Assembly (NCBI GenBank): GCA_030265395.1 | Contig: JARFYF010000119.1 | Span: forward strand, 18,749,811-18,813,810 | Source of the DNA: Rhina ancylostomus | Lineage: Eukaryota | DNA length: 64,000 bases | Reading direction: 5' to 3' | In this document: piece by piece, positions 36,319 through 48,060 of the stretch | How the letters are laid out: the number at the start of each line of letters is the position of its first letter | Position numbering within the stretch: the first letter of the stretch is position 1 | Program-made: the position numbers and the translations under genes | The notes under the pieces: generated by a model | What the model was told of the DNA's origin: nothing | The model's database searches: none | The model's input: only the letters and a program-made list of their open reading frames with translations

Positions 36319-36431
36319 ATGCAGAGAGGATAACCTACAGCAGAGAATTTCTGATGAAAATTGCCAGCCTGCCGATCTCAAAAGAAAAACCTGAGTTTTT
36401 GCCATCTCTTCCTGTGGTGTTAGAGAGGCCA
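36319..36431 (+). CDS. C8orf88: C8orf88 coding exon 4 with the eIF4E-binding motif ([D]AERITYSREFLMKIASLPISKEKPEFLPSLPVVLERP)
   Basis: YXXXXL-phi motif YSREFLM; close to recalled human [36 protein letters not shown]; acceptor ctttgcag (second in-frame AG at 36323-36324); donor CCA|gtaagt. Confidence 0.93.
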
Positions 36432-37279
36432 GTAAGTTGTGTCCTTTGGCAGTATTTCATAAAAATTGGTCAACTGCATTTTCTGTAACAGTGGTGGAGC
36501 AATATTTGCAATTTTGATGGTTTTTTTAACATAATAAGTTAAAAGAATGCACCTGAACTTGTCTGTAAAGTTATGGTATGCCAATTCTAGCAATCCTTTT
36601 CAGAAGGATTTGAAACATTCTGTAGTACATTTTGAAAGCAAAAATCATAAACAGAACATCACATTTTATTAAATATCTACTTGTGACTTATTTCATACTT
36701 ATTTACTTGTTCATCAAAAAATATTTCTACTTTTCTCCATTTTCAACTAACAGTTCTCAGCATGAAATATTAGAATTTCAGCTCGCAGCTTGCATACTAC
36801 ATGAAAAATCTTTAGCAATTACTAACACATCAAAACTTTGAAAGTAGTTATAGTTTAGAACTAATGTTGACACTTACTAATTATCTGTAGTGATGTGGGG
36901 ATGGAGAATTTTGTATTTTTAACTCAACACAAACTGCCAGATATTGGCAGGAAGTGAAACCAAAACATGGAAGAATTAAGTGGGCTTGTTAATGTTTTAA
37001 TTGCTACCAAAAATATTTGTAGATTCTATTACATTTTCCAACTCATCAACATGCAATATGGCATATTGTCCCCAAATGACTGAGGATCATGGCCTAGGGT
37101 CAAATAAGTGAGCAAGGTAAATGGTCAAATAGCTGGTGCTTTGCCAGAATGATTGGAGGATAGGGAGGGCAGAAGTGATTAGTAATTGGTTAAGTGACCT
37201 GAGGTAAAGGCCATTTGATGGAGTCAGAATCTTGGATTATTTTTGCCTGTGAAATGAAGGTGGAATAGAGAAAAAGCCA

Positions 37280-38250
37280 GGGATAGTTCCCCTAGTCCTC
37301 GCCTACCACCCCACCAGCCTACACATCCAATGTATCATTCTTCTCAATCTGCCATCTACAACAGGAACCCACTACCAGACATATCTTCTCCCCACCCCTC
37401 CCCTCTGCTTTCTGCAGGGATCACTCTCTCTGTGACTCCCTTATTCGCTCATCCCTCCCTATCAATTTACCCCTTCTTCCCCAGGCACTGGCCTCTGTAA
37501 CTGCAAAAAGTGTTACAACCTGTCCCTACACCACCCTGTCTCACCACCATCCAGACCCCTAAACAGCTCTTCCAAGTAAGGCAGACTTTCATACGTGAAA
37601 CCCGCGGTATTATTTATTGCATCCAGTGCTCCCATTGCAGCCTCCTCTACATCGGTGAAACTGGACACAGATTGGCGGACCACTTTGCCAAGCACCTTTG
37701 CTCCATCCACCATGCCAGCTAGGATCTCCCGGTGGCCAGCCATTTAATTCCACTTCCCATTCCCATATCAGCATATCTGTCCACAGCCTCCTCCATTGCC
37801 AGGTCAAGGCCAAATGCAAATTAGAGAAAGAGCAGCTCATATTCCACTCTCCGATCTAATGGCATGAACCTTAAACTCTCAAACGTCAAGTTACCTCTTC
37901 CCTCTGCCTTTTTTTAACTTTTCTCTTTCCTCCCAATCCAACTGGCCCATGCACCATTGTCGTCTCCTATCGGATTCCATCATCTTCAGCCCTTTGTCAC
38001 TTTCACCCATCACCTCCCCACTTCTGACATCCCTCCCACTGTCCTTCCTCCCTCATCTGCCTATCACCCCCCTCACCTGGATCCACCTGCCAGCGCTTGT
38101 TCCACCTCTTCCCTCCACCTTTTTATTCCAGCTATCTCCCCACTTCCTTTCCAGTCCAGATGAAGATCCTCAACTCAAAACATTGACTGTCCATTTCACT
38201 CCATGGATGCTGCCTGACCCACTGAGTTCCTCCAGCGCCTTTGTGTTGCT
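37280..38250 (+). mobile_element. Penelope-like retroelement 3' part: GIY-YIG endonuclease relic, pyrimidine tract, decayed hammerhead
   Basis: RVPLVLAYHP, FQVRQTF, IIYCIQCSHCSLLYIGETGHRLADHFAKHL, PVASHF, LEKEQLIF; cagtccagatgaag...aaaacattgactg at about 38152-38189. Confidence 0.9.
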
Positions 38251-38264
38251 GTGGAAGAATATAT

Positions 38265-38560
38265 GGTAGTAGTGTGGTAGTTAATGCTATGGTCTCTCAA
38301 TCCTTGTGATCCAGATTTGATCCTGACTTTTGGTGCTGCCTGTGTGGAGTCTGAAGGTTTCCCCTGTGACAGCATAGATTTCTCCCACATCCCAAGTAGT
38401 CTGGTTCCTTCCCACATCCTAAAGATATGCTAGCAGGTTTATTAGCTCTGGTAAATTACCCCTAGTGTAGGTGAGGACAAAAGAATGAAAGGGGAATTGA
38501 TGCACATGTGAGGGAATAAATTGCAGGATTATAATGATATAGGAGGAGCATGAGATTGAT
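38265..38560 (+). mobile_element. Older V-SINE
   Basis: tttgatcctgact.tggtgctgcctgtgtggagt...ttcccacatcctaaaga...taaattacccctagtgtagg. Confidence 0.7.
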
Positions 38561-38789
38561 GGAATATATCTGCGGTGAATGGCAGAGCATTTCTAGGCAA
38601 AGCATCAGAGATAACTCTTAAGGATCATATGTATATACCAAGTGGTATGATATTTGATACATTATAGTGCAAGACATTGCCACTAGTTGAGCTTACTGCT
38701 TTCAATCAAGGATATTTGGTTAATAGCTCTATCTCTATTATTTGATTAGTAAGCAGCTATTACTAAAGACTGTACTGACACTACATTAG

Positions 38790-39070
38790 TCAAGTTGAGT
38801 TTATTGTCATTATGCACAAGTACATGTATGCACAGTGCAATGAAAAAATTCCTTGCAGGAGCATCACAGGCACATAGCATTAGAGACGCAACATTCACAA
38901 GAAAACATAAATTATACAAAATTATACAAGAAAGGGGTTATGTAGGTTGCTTTAAGAACCGAACGGTTGAAGGGAAGTAGCTGTTCTTGAAGCTGGTGGC
39001 ATAGCAGGCTTCTGTACCTTCCACCTTATGGTAGGGAAAGTATGATGATAGAATGTTCCTTCTTGAGGGA
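38790..39070 (-). mobile_element. L2-type LINE 3' fragment
   Basis: gagtttattgtcat...agtgcaatgaaaa..ccttgcag.agcatcacagg; gttgaagggaagtagctgttcttgaa.ctggtgg...caggcttctgtacct. Confidence 0.65.
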
Positions 39071-40169
39071 GTAACAACAGAGTGATCAAATGTGAAGTTC
39101 TGTAAATAAAAACAGGGATTCTGGGGGTACAGAAGTGATAGCAGGCAGTGGGTTTGACAGATACGTCACTAAGTATGAGAGATACCAGTGAATTCAGCTA
39201 TTTGAAACAAGTGGAAATTTTCTTAAGGGTGAACAAAATTGTCAAGATCCCAGGGGAGGATACAAAACAGAGCAATGTAACCATACATGAAGGAAGCCAA
39301 TATTGCTACTGGTGATTAGGCCAGAGACACACAAGGTGTTAGAGAATTAACTAGCACTACAAATTACAAACAAGGTTTCGTATAAGACCAAAATAAAAAT
39401 CCTGAAGAGATATTTTAATCTGGCATTGTCAGAGATTTTTGAGAACTATACATTTGGTGAGAACTATACATTTGTCAAGTACTATAAGGAAATGGTTGGC
39501 AACTATGAGGTCAAGATGAAGACATTGGGGAAAAAGGTATGCTTTCCAGATCTTTTATAGAATGAGTGTTGTGGAATTGTTTAGTATTGAGACTGTCAAC
39601 TGAAAGATTTCAAGCAAAACTGTTGGATATGCTGGACTTAATCTTCAAGCTACTAATTTGACAATGGTGTTTAAATAAAGTTTTGTTCAGGCATGGTTGC
39701 AAGAACCAAGCAGGGAACAAGCTCATAGAAAGGGTTATGGCAGCACAGTCTTCACAGCCATGTCATGTGAATATTGCAACTGGGTTTGGTGGAAAACCAT
39801 TACAGCATGTGAGACAAGTGGCAAGAAGGTTTGCCATGTATGTAATGGGAACCATCTACGCTGAGAACGTCCATTCAAGATGCCCCAGTGCTACAGCTGC
39901 CACGAGGATGCTAGTCCCTGCAGAAAGTTACCATTAGTAAAGACAGTAATCTCAAGTTTAAAAAAAAATGTACCCTTGGAGACAAAGAGAATACTGGGGG
40001 CATTCTACAAGAGTCATGGACTCATGGAGCTGAATGTTTGGATGTCTGCCAGCAAGAGTTGGGTGTATGTCCAATTCTTCACAGGTCAATGTGAAGAGGG
40101 TATTGGGTCACAATGGCAGTGAAATATTTGCTCAGAAGATGTTGATTACAGAAATGTCTATGGAGGCTG

Positions 40170-41200
40170 CCATGAGGCCAAAAGACAGATCTGCAAAATA
40201 AAATAATAAGTTAACTCAAGAATTAAACCAGAATGAGGTGTCTTGGGGGAAGGAATTTCTGAATTTGGGGCCAGTGAATTATGAGTAAATCAAATCAAAA
40301 GCATTATTTGGACAGTGATTTTGTCTCGGAATAATGAAATTATTCACACCTCTTGAAGGCAAGCAGTCAGAGGATTTCAGGATAACACAGTACTATTACG
40401 AGAGTGTGCAAACAAGATGAAAAATGAAAACGTTCAACATCAGATGCTGCAGTGAGCTAATATCATTTAAGCCTGGCACAGATATTACAGATGGAAAAGA
40501 TAAATCTGTACTAGTTCTGGGAAAGAACTCTGCCTTCAAGACTCTTGTTTACAGAATTGTTGAATGGCTTGAATCAAGCACAGATCAGGTTGAATGAGTT
40601 AAGAAAAAACTGCATTGCGTTTTGAAAGCAGGTCAAAAGCTCTGTCATTCCCTCCGGGGTGTCACGACAGGTATAGAATGACTAATATCAGTCCAGTGTA
40701 GCATATTCAGAGTGCAGAAAAACAGACTGGCGCAGTCATGGTAGAGTTGAAAGCCCGAGAGATGATTCAGATTTTTTTTAAAAAGTCAGAGGAGATGATG
40801 TAACTTTTAAATGAGACAGCAGAAAGAAAGTATGGTGTTTATGGAGAGTCAGAGTGGAAATCGGGATGCAAGATGGTGTGAAAGTAGTTGTGCAAAATTG
40901 GAGAGCCTTAAACAACCAAAGTACAGGTTGTTGCCACTGCATGCATTATTTTTGGCACATTACTGAATACCATTTATAACTGTAACTATTAGGAGTAAAG
41001 TGTTATTAGCCTTTTAAGTTCTATGTGAACAGTTTGGTGTTCATGGGTAACACCAGGAAGATGGTGATCAAGAATTTGTAAAATGATGTATTTACAGTTA
41101 TGAAGACAATTAATTTGAAGCAACAATTTCAGAACAGATATAAGGCCAGATGAGCACAAGGCCTGTCTGGAGATGTGACCCATTTGTATTATCAGTGCCT
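40170..41200 (+). mobile_element. Possible Gypsy LTR-retrotransposon pol relic
   Basis: Weak RNase H (TSDA) and integrase-like traces only; highly decayed. Confidence 0.3.
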
Positions 41201-41569
41201 GGAGTGTATATTTCAGAGATATCGATTGCAGTTTGCAATGAAAAATTCAATGAATGAAGAGATCGAGTGAATTTACAGTTAGTTAAATATACACCTGTAT
41301 ATTGATGTAAATTGTGAATTAATTGTATAATTTTATGTATGTAAATAATTGATAGTTTGTGAGTTTATCACTTTTTTAAAGGGGAAACGGTGGTGTATTT
41401 AAGTGAAAGAGAAAGCTGTTATGTGTACATAATAGTAAGTACAGATTATGTTATTTGCCTTTATAAGCAGCAATGCAAAGGAATTACAGTCACTATATTC
41501 CCAATAATTTGTTGAAAAACATTTCTGCTCATCCAGGACTGGATGTCAAGCAAACAATATGATGAGAAT

Positions 41570-42245
41570 AAAACAGCAGAAACTAGAAATCTGAAATAAT
41601 AAAAATCCTGCAAATATTCAGTAGGTCAGATAGCATCTGTAGAAAGAGAAATGAAGTTAACATTTTAATTGATTTTTCATCAGAACTAGAAAAAGTTAAG
41701 TGAGCGCAATTTAAATTTTAGAAGGGTGGAGATAATTAAGGGAATGTTATGAGAAACTGAATGACACAGATGGTGGTGTTGCCAGCTGAGAGAGGATAGT
41801 GAAAGCTTGATNNNNNNNNNNTTGATATTTGCAACTGACCTTTAAGTAGAAGGAGATGAATGAGAACTTAGGAGAGAGGTAGGAGAAAAAGCAACGCTGT
41901 AAGAGTGAGATATAGAACATCACTGTTGCAGGAAATCTGAAGTAAAAGAAAATGGTAGAAATGCCAACAGGTCAGGTAGAGTCTATGGAATGGAAAGAAA
42001 ATGAATTCATGCTACAGGAAGATTACCTTGCATCAGAACTGACTGGTTCTGATACATACTCAAAAGCCTAGTTATCTGATGTCATTGAATTCAAAGGGAT
42101 GTATCATGCCTAGAAGGAAGATGAGATGCTGTTCCCCAGCAGCCCAAAACAGAAGTCAGGGTGAGAGTAGAATGGAGAATTAAAGTGATAGGGTGACTCC
42201 AGTTGCCTAACTCAGAGGTGTTCTGTAAAGCAGTCACCCAATCTG
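41570..42245 (-). mobile_element. Old Penelope-like element with two tail/hammerhead segments and a GIY-YIG C-terminal relic
   Basis: Tails at about 41575-41690 and 41925-42040 ending catcagaact; gagatgctgttcc, ggagaattaaagtga and gaggtgttctgtaaagcagtcacccaatctg mirror 37670-37850. Confidence 0.65.
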
Positions 42246-43669
42246 AAACAGCACAGTATATTCTTAATGTGGCACGGAATTAATCTAGCAAACACCTGAG
42301 AATCTGGCTGACAGCCACACAGTCATGGAAAAAATACTAACTCCATTGAGACAGCACCTGAGGTCAGGATTGAACCTTGGTCCCCAGACCTGTGAGGCAG
42401 TAGCAGTGTCAGCTTTGAGAAAAGATGTCAGTTAGAGAAAGCATTGTAGGTGATTCTTTGGCTATGATGGGATAATTAAGAATGGAACCATGGTGAATAT
42501 GGTTTCACCTTGGACAAAGGTGGAGGAATATTTGAGGAAGATGGTATGATTAGCTGTATCAAAAAGGGTGAGGAGAGTTAGATTTGCTTTGTCACAGTAA
42601 CATAGAATGCTATTAATGATTTGGTAATGCTGAGTCAAAAGTCAGTTGGATGGATTCAAACAAGGAACGTGGGGTATAACTTCGGCAGTAATTTAGGATA
42701 CAATACATTCAGGTATTTTGCAGAAAGAGAAATTCCACAGTTCCCCTTTTGGTTATAGACCAGGACCTCTACCTCAGTAATTAGAGCGTTAAGATGAGAT
42801 AATCCTTTGTGCTTAAGACCAATGATGCTGAGATGCCATGCCATACACAAGTGGCATACACTTGTGGTGTTGCTCTCCTAACTAAAGAATCATCATGGAT
42901 TTTTATGGAATTTTTATGCTTTGCTTCTTGCTCATCTGCACACATTAGGTTACTTGATCTCCAATCCAAATATGTGATGTGAAACCCTAGATGCCTAGGC
43001 CAATAATTGTGAGGCTTTCAGCATTTAATTTCAAGTGTTGCTCTACATCTGTATATTTAAGGCAAATTTTATCAAAAATTTAATAAATGTGATTGATGCA
43101 TACTGCACTCCTGAAAGGTAGTCTGGTATCCTCCATTCTTACTACATGTATGTACACAGGCCAATGGCCAAATATAATGACAAATAGTATGCAGGTTTTG
43201 ATATCACTGCTACTAAATTCTTGTGCTCATTCAGGCTCACAAGCAGCACGAGTCACTACACGAAAGCAACCCTTATTTAGTAGGTTGACAACTGCTTTAT
43301 GCAATTGTTAAAGGGGGCCCAAACTTGTGGGAGATTCTACGATATTCACTGAGTTCCATGTAGGTCCACTTTTAAGTGGTTTTCATAGCAATAGCTCTGC
43401 AACTCCCTTCATTGCTAATATGTTGAGAGATTTCCAATCGCCTGGACCCTGTTGCATATTTTCCCACTCCAAGAGCTTGAGCTTAAGCCCACCTGACTTC
43501 TGATTGTTGATAACTGATTTGAACTCAGAGCAGTTGCAGCCTGATCCTCTAATCAAGTGATGCATCTCACACTCAGGCCAATCCATTCCACCTCCTATTC
43601 TGCCTCTACGTCATGAACCAATCTTATCCTAACACTGTGACCTGCAGACTAATTGATTTCTTTTGCTAG

Positions 43670-43694
43670 ATCCGCAAAGGTGTATCTACCAAAG
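43670..43694 (+). CDS. C8orf88: Candidate 25-nt micro-exon of C8orf88 (IRKGVSTK, phase 0 to 1)
   Basis: Branch-point-like gactaat, pyrimidine tract ttgatttcttttgctag, strong donor AAG|gtaagg; in frame after the exon ending at 36431. Confidence 0.55.
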
Positions 43695-44944
43695 GTAAGG
43701 CCTTTGTGGGTATCATGTATAAGAGAATCACAGTACTGCATATCTTTGCACAAAGTTGGTGTGGGCCCTTGTTCAGCACCTGTTCAACATGTATATTAGG
43801 TAAGTAAGTTTCTAGCGCATCATGTTGCACTAAATGAGTATTTAGATGAAGTAACAGAGATTTAATGTTGTGTATGTAGGCTTACAAAATATATTTGATA
43901 AATTTCACTGCAAAATTGAAGCCTGTAGAAAAGCCAGAACAGTGGCAGATGGATATGAAATTGGTAATGAGATAGGAAACAAAGAATGTGTTACTTGATT
44001 AAAAAAGATATAAAAACTTGATATACCACTACTTTTCTTCGTAGATATGAAGAAACATTTACTGGCTTTATTTCAAAACTGGTGGTAATTGTAATTGCTG
44101 TAAATAGTGAAGCACACTGTGATTGAAGTGATGAGGGCGAAGGCTGACGGAATGAAGGAATATGTTACTGATTAAAATTAATGCTGAGAAATGCAAAGTG
44201 TTGATTTGAAGAATGAGGAGAGGTAAAATAATTTAACACCACCAGTTTAACAAGAAGTCCAATGACACAGAAAGTCCAGGAACTTCATGCACACAAATCT
44301 TTGAAGGTGACAAGGCATATTGTAAAAATCGTTAAGAGTCCTGGGATATGTCGAGACATTAAAAACCAAGAAAGCCATTTTGAATCATTAAAGGCTAGTT
44401 CAGTCATAACTGGAATATAGTGTCCAATCTAAGCAGACTACTTTTAAAAGCATGAAAAAGACAGATTTACTAGAATGATTTCATGGATAAAGCACCGCAG
44501 TTTGCTTTGGAAATGTTTTTCAAATTACTAATTGATTTAAACCTCATGCATAGTTTTAGGTTTCCAACTAGGCTTTTTACTGCTAATTGTTATATTTTTG
44601 TCTATTTAATAACATTTAATGTTATTCAAGCCCTGAAATGTGCATGCAAATTAATTCCATTTAACCATTTTATGCACTTAATGTCTTGCGTTGTGGCAAA
44701 ATTGAATAAATAGACTATATACCTTATAAGTATTCAATGTTAACTTCACAACCAAGAAAGAGGCAACCTGTATTCATATAGGAATGTCTGTGATCTTTAG
44801 GTTCACCATGCACTTCATTGAATGTGAGGCATTTTTGAAATGTAGTCATAAATAAGTGATAAAAAAGCAAACATGGTAAACAATTTGGCAGAGCATATTC
44901 AATCAGCTGTGGAGTAATAACTAAATAGTTTTTAATAATATTAC

Positions 44945-45140
44945 AGAATCAGAGAAAGATATGACACCGAAACAGGCCTTTCCATCCACTGAATCCACGC
45001 TGACCATCAACTATCCATTTACTCTAATGTTGCATTAATCCCGTGATTTTTTTATTCTCCCCATGCTTTCATCAAATATCCCCAGATTCCTCCATTCACC
45101 CACCCACTAGGAGCAATTTACAGTGGTCAATTAACCTACC
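44945..45140 (-). mobile_element. V-SINE 3' half inserted in a Deu-SINE relic
   Basis: gaaacaggcc...cactaggagcaatttacagtggtcaattaacctac. Confidence 0.65.
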
Positions 45141-46719
45141 ATGTTAAAGGGATAAATATGCTTAAGGCTAATCAGTTCTCTTTTTTTAAAATTATGTTTT
45201 GAGATCTTTTGCATCCATCTCATGGGATCTTGCTGTATTCCATTAGTACTGCACTGACAATTTGTTCAAGTCTTTGGACCAGGCTTAAATCCTGCATATG
45301 TGACCACCTTATTCAAGTGAGGATGCTGCAGCTTGGCAATTGCTGATTGACCACTGACAAAACACTTCTAGCATTATTTTAAATTAATGTTGTGAATTGT
45401 TGTAATGTAAGAATAACTTGTTTTTCCCATCCCTACTTCTTCCAATCAAATGAATAAAAACAGAAAAATCAGGAATGGCGCATGATTGGTATGGACATGT
45501 ATTTATGCCCATACCAATCATGCAATATATTGGTATCTACTGTAAAGGTGCACCATTGTGCAAAACTGAATTTCCCTTAACACCATTAAAACAAATCTGC
45601 CAATTTCTCCTGTCCCACAACAATTAACGCCAAAATATACGGAGGAGGGCTTTTTGGTTTTGGACATTTCCTTAGCTTTGGACATCATTTGAAAGCCAAG
45701 GTCTTTGACTAGCAGCAGAGTGACTGTGCCATCCTTGCACACAATCATGAGTGACTTCTGGTCTGCTCTAGACCTTTTAGAAATTGACAGGTGTAAATTT
45801 TACCTTTCTTAGTGTCAAAGACTAAAGTGTACACTCAGTTTACTAACGATCATATACCTTTCATCATGAAGAACTTGAAGACAATCAAGCACTACATAAT
45901 ATTCATAGTATCTTTGCTTATCAGTAAACAATGATAAGACTCTATATAGGATTCAAAGTACTACCATCTTCTTTGGGAAACTGCTGCAGAGTGTCTTTAC
46001 TATCGGTGACCTGTGGAATAACAGCAAGATCCTGGTATGAAGCTAAGTTATCTTTCATAGACATGAAAATTGGATTTAATACCATCTAAATGTTTTGAAA
46101 GCATCACCAGTTACCCTCTGGAAATTTCTCTAAATCAAGTGGAAAGGTGTTACATCATGGAATGATCATCAGCTATCCGCTCCACTGGAATGACTGATCT
46201 ATTTGGAATACCGGCACATCTCGGACAACTCCTGGTTTGGTTGTGACCAAAGGTTCCATGACTCTCAAAAGCAAAGGCACCTTGTGGGCATTCCATGGGA
46301 AGAAACTACATTGATATCTGCCAGTTACCACTGATCTCAGTGGCAACACAGTTTCCTTCTAGCAGTTGAAGAGATTGTAGAAAAGAAACTTAAACCAATA
46401 AGCAGTTCTCTCACATGAAATTGTTCAACAGTGTAATCCTAGAGCTACAGAGATATCTGCAGAAATCAAACTTGCAATTCTTTGATAAACTGTAATAGAG
46501 ATAATTGAATAAAGGAATTGCTCCCATTGCTGGTGGGGAGACCTCTTTTGGGAAGTCCATGGGATGGACTGTTGAATGCCTTGTATATGAAATAACTTTG
46601 ACCTCTGATTATCTAACTTCTTTGTAATGTTAATTTAATTCTTCTATTGTCTACATAGAACTTGTAAACTCACATTTATTTCTGCAGTCAAGGTGATTGG
46701 GTTGAGTTTCATAGATTAT

Positions 46720-47190
46720 AGATGCACAGTGAAAGTGAACAGATTTTCTTGAAGTGAGATGGCATTTGCACATGTGATTTAAGAACAAAGGTGTAATAAA
46801 ATAATGGGTGAAGGTAAAAATAAATTATCCTAATAGACAGACAAATGATAGAAAAATGGAGGGAGGGAAGGATTAGATAGAATCTAGAGCAGGGTAAAAT
46901 GTCAGCACTATATCGTGGGCCGAAAGGCCTGTATTTTATGTTCTAGATATGTGAAAAGACTGGAGAGGATGGTGTTCTCATTTAGTGCAGGAAATGTTGA
47001 CAGGAGAATTGATTAAAATCTTCAAAATCATTAGGATGCAGGCAAAGCAAGTAAAGAGAAACTGTTGCTATTGCAGAGGGGTCGAGAACCAGAGGCCACA
47101 GATTTAAGGTGATTGACCAAAGAACCCAAGCAACGTGAAAATCCTTTTTACACAGTGAGTAGTTAGGATCTGGAATCATTCTTGTTTGGA
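46720..47190 (+). mobile_element. Decayed CR1 3' fragments
   Basis: gtgggccgaaaggcctgt tail; gagaaccagaggccacagatttaagg...tttttacacagtgagtagttaggatctggaat. Confidence 0.65.
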
Positions 47191-47499
47191 AACATTTCTC
47201 CCTTCCTCTCTCAATCATTCCCTATGTAACTGCTGGTCCCATTCCAGCAACTATGAGTTCCCTCTGCACAAGTATTTCAAGAGGTCCAGAGGGAAGCTAC
47301 TTCTCAAAAATGTGGGGAAAAAATGTTCTCTCCCTGAAATGACCAACAACCTACCAATTAATGAATAAAAGGAAACCCAATGACTCAGATATTGTGTATG
47401 TTCCCCCATAGTGACAATTTTGATGTCCCTGCAGCACAAAATATGACAGCTGGAACAAGAAATTCATCTCCTACAATGTTTTTATGCATGCAGTCAATA

Positions 47500-48060
47500 A
47501 GATTACTCTACATTGTGCACTATTTACTCTTGTGCAAGCACTTTGTGCCTATCTTCTAAGTGATTTTGAACATTTACTTCGACAGATAGGCATGAAAGAT
47601 GACTGTGAGCAGTTCTGAAGTGGCAGCATTCTGATTTAGCTGTGAGGGCGCTATCTCAATGACCACGATGGGAGTGCAAATGTTGTGATCCTGGGACAGG
47701 ACAACTGATTTTAGCTCCATGGACACACTAATGTTCACCTGGGTCAGAACATCAGATAGTCTTTCATTCTGATGAACCACAAAGCTTTTTCCACTGTCAT
47801 TTTGAGTTTGGCTAGCAATAAAGAGAGCTTGGATAGCAAAGACATGAGCCTCAACTGCAGCATTGGAACAACTGACCCTGTCTGTCTTGAAATGACATTG
47901 AGACTGAAGCTGTCATCTTAGCCTTCCAACATAAATTCTGCTTTCTTGCCACTCTGTTCATCTTCCTCCCTTGCTACTGTTTCAAACAGACAGCAGATTC
48001 TTTTGCATTCTCTGTCACAAAGGCTTCTTCCACTTAGCAAATATCGCCTTCCTGCTTGCC
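47500..48060 (-). mobile_element. RTE-clade LINE 3' relic
   Basis: Reverse strand ERLRKRRQ...CDRECKRIC-like C-terminal zinc knuckle; decayed. Confidence 0.4.

Noticed and set aside
39440-39474. 18-bp-period tandem duplication tgagaactatacatttg
   Set aside because: Two copies only; ordinary slippage, not a CRISPR-like array.
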